DNA of 62,219 nt, the filler included, from Globobulimina sp. (Eukaryota), in the NCBI GenBank assembly GCA_003354225.1. It is 22 parts of 22 records of this genome, joined end to end, with 100 filler letters (N's around TTAATTAATTAA, not from the genome) between each part and the next. Parts side by side here need not be neighbours in the genome. Positions count along the whole stretch, not along the records: positions 59,490 to 62,219 come from PIVH01005170.1; 21 more parts are not named here. One strand, written 5' to 3'. Position 1 is the stretch's first letter. Each line of letters opens with the position of its first letter. The position numbers and the translations under genes were made by a program. Below are positions 61,443 through 62,219 of this stretch, in pieces. A model generated the notes under the pieces. That model had not been told where the DNA came from and did not search any database. It saw nothing but the letters and a program-made list of their open reading frames with translations.

Positions 61443-62219
61443 ATGCCTTTTACTAGATATTTTCAAAATTGTCCTAACAGGAACTGTAAATTGGTCTGTA
61501 TTGGTAAATGTGATGGACATCCAGATTGTGACCGTGGACAGCAATGTAGTTTTCTCAAAAGACGAAAATGTAATTATTATCACAATCCATCCCATTTTAA
61601 AACATTAAAGACAAGATCCAACCATCGTAAAATTCGTAAGTCATCATTCCCCCAAAACCAACACAATGGTTCACGACCACATCGCAGTCGCAGTCGCAGT
61701 CAGTCGCACAGACACCGTTCTGCCGACAGTGTACAATCACCGGTCCCCGCCATAAAGTATATGCACACATCAGATAAGAAAGCATGGACAGAGGCAGAAG
61801 AAAAGGCTCTCATTTCATTCACACAAAATTATGGAAACGGTGCTGTAATACCTATGCACAAAATGGATGAAATCAAAACAACATTAAACAAAGATCTCAT
61901 GGCTATTAAAACATGTTTAATCCGATTAAAAAGCGAAGGAAAACTCAATAATAGCCATGATAGCATAGCACAATCACAACAGTATCAGTATAAAGAGCAT
62001 GATTCTAAGCCGTGGCAAGAATGGGAAGAAACGTTTTTGATATCATTTGTGCAGAAACATAATATTTGTGAATATTTTAGCAAAGAACAGGCGAAACAGA
62101 TTAAAACTGCGCTTGATCGGGGTCTCGGTGACATAAATGTATGTTTATTGAGGTTGAAAAATGAAGGAAGAGTTAATTATAATAATGACAATAATTTATG
62201 TGAGGTTGCGATTGGATGT
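61443..62219 (+). CDS. CCCH zinc-finger plus two Myb/SANT-like repeats (absent from ORF track; runs off window)
   Basis: Open frame from ATG 61443: CDRGQQCSFLKRRKCNYYH, KAWTEAEEKALISF, KPWQEWEETFLISF. Confidence 0.7.
   Translation, partial: MPFTRYFQNCPNRNCKLVCIGKCDGHPDCDRGQQCSFLKRRKCNYYHNPSHFKTLKTRSNHRKIRKSSFPQNQHNGSRPHRSRSRSQSHRHRSADSVQSPVPAIKYMHTSDKKAWTEAEEKALISFTQNYGNGAVIPMHKMDEIKTTLNKDLMAIKTCLIRLKSEGKLNNSHDSIAQSQQYQYKEHDSKPWQEWEETFLISFVQKHNICEYFSKEQAKQIKTALDRGLGDINVCLLRLKNEGRVNYNNDNNLCEVAIGC

Noticed and set aside
1-62219. Operon-like system spanning several contigs (for example RT plus hairpin array plus nucleases)
   Set aside because: Contigs are adjacent only because of length sorting, so cross-contig linkage carries no information.

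Overview
The window is not contiguous DNA. It is 22 unrelated contigs of about 2,730-2,735 bp, sorted by decreasing length and joined by 100-bp spacers (N44-TTAATTAATTAA-N44), so gene neighbourhood only means something within a contig. The source is an AT-rich, very gene-dense eukaryote with the standard code and short GT-AG introns. Its gene content (7TM-RGS, G-alpha, MATH, CAP-Gly, MYND, PT-repeat surface proteins) suggests a rhizarian, probably a foraminiferan; this is inference. Recognisable genes: UBC9, TDP2-like EEP nuclease, endonuclease V, RPN2, ALDH, rhomboid, GT77-like glycosyltransferase, MFS transporter, DENN, WD40, PPR-SMR, GRIP golgin, extended synaptotagmin, START, BTB, RING-PHD, a frameshifted Cys-less pentameric ligand-gated channel and a CRE/SLACS-type non-LTR reverse transcriptase. 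The best leads are: (1) an intron-containing phage/plasmid-type AAA+ helicase gene directly downstream of a 21-bp iteron-like array; (2) a tandem 120-bp array of long hairpins between divergent orphan ORFs; (3) an NnrU-like gene; (4) a branched RNA-like fold supported by G-U pairs; (5) a TTAA-flanked Kolobok-like MITE; and (6) pervasive 40-120 bp head-to-head gene spacing. All family calls come from motifs read by eye, with no database searches.
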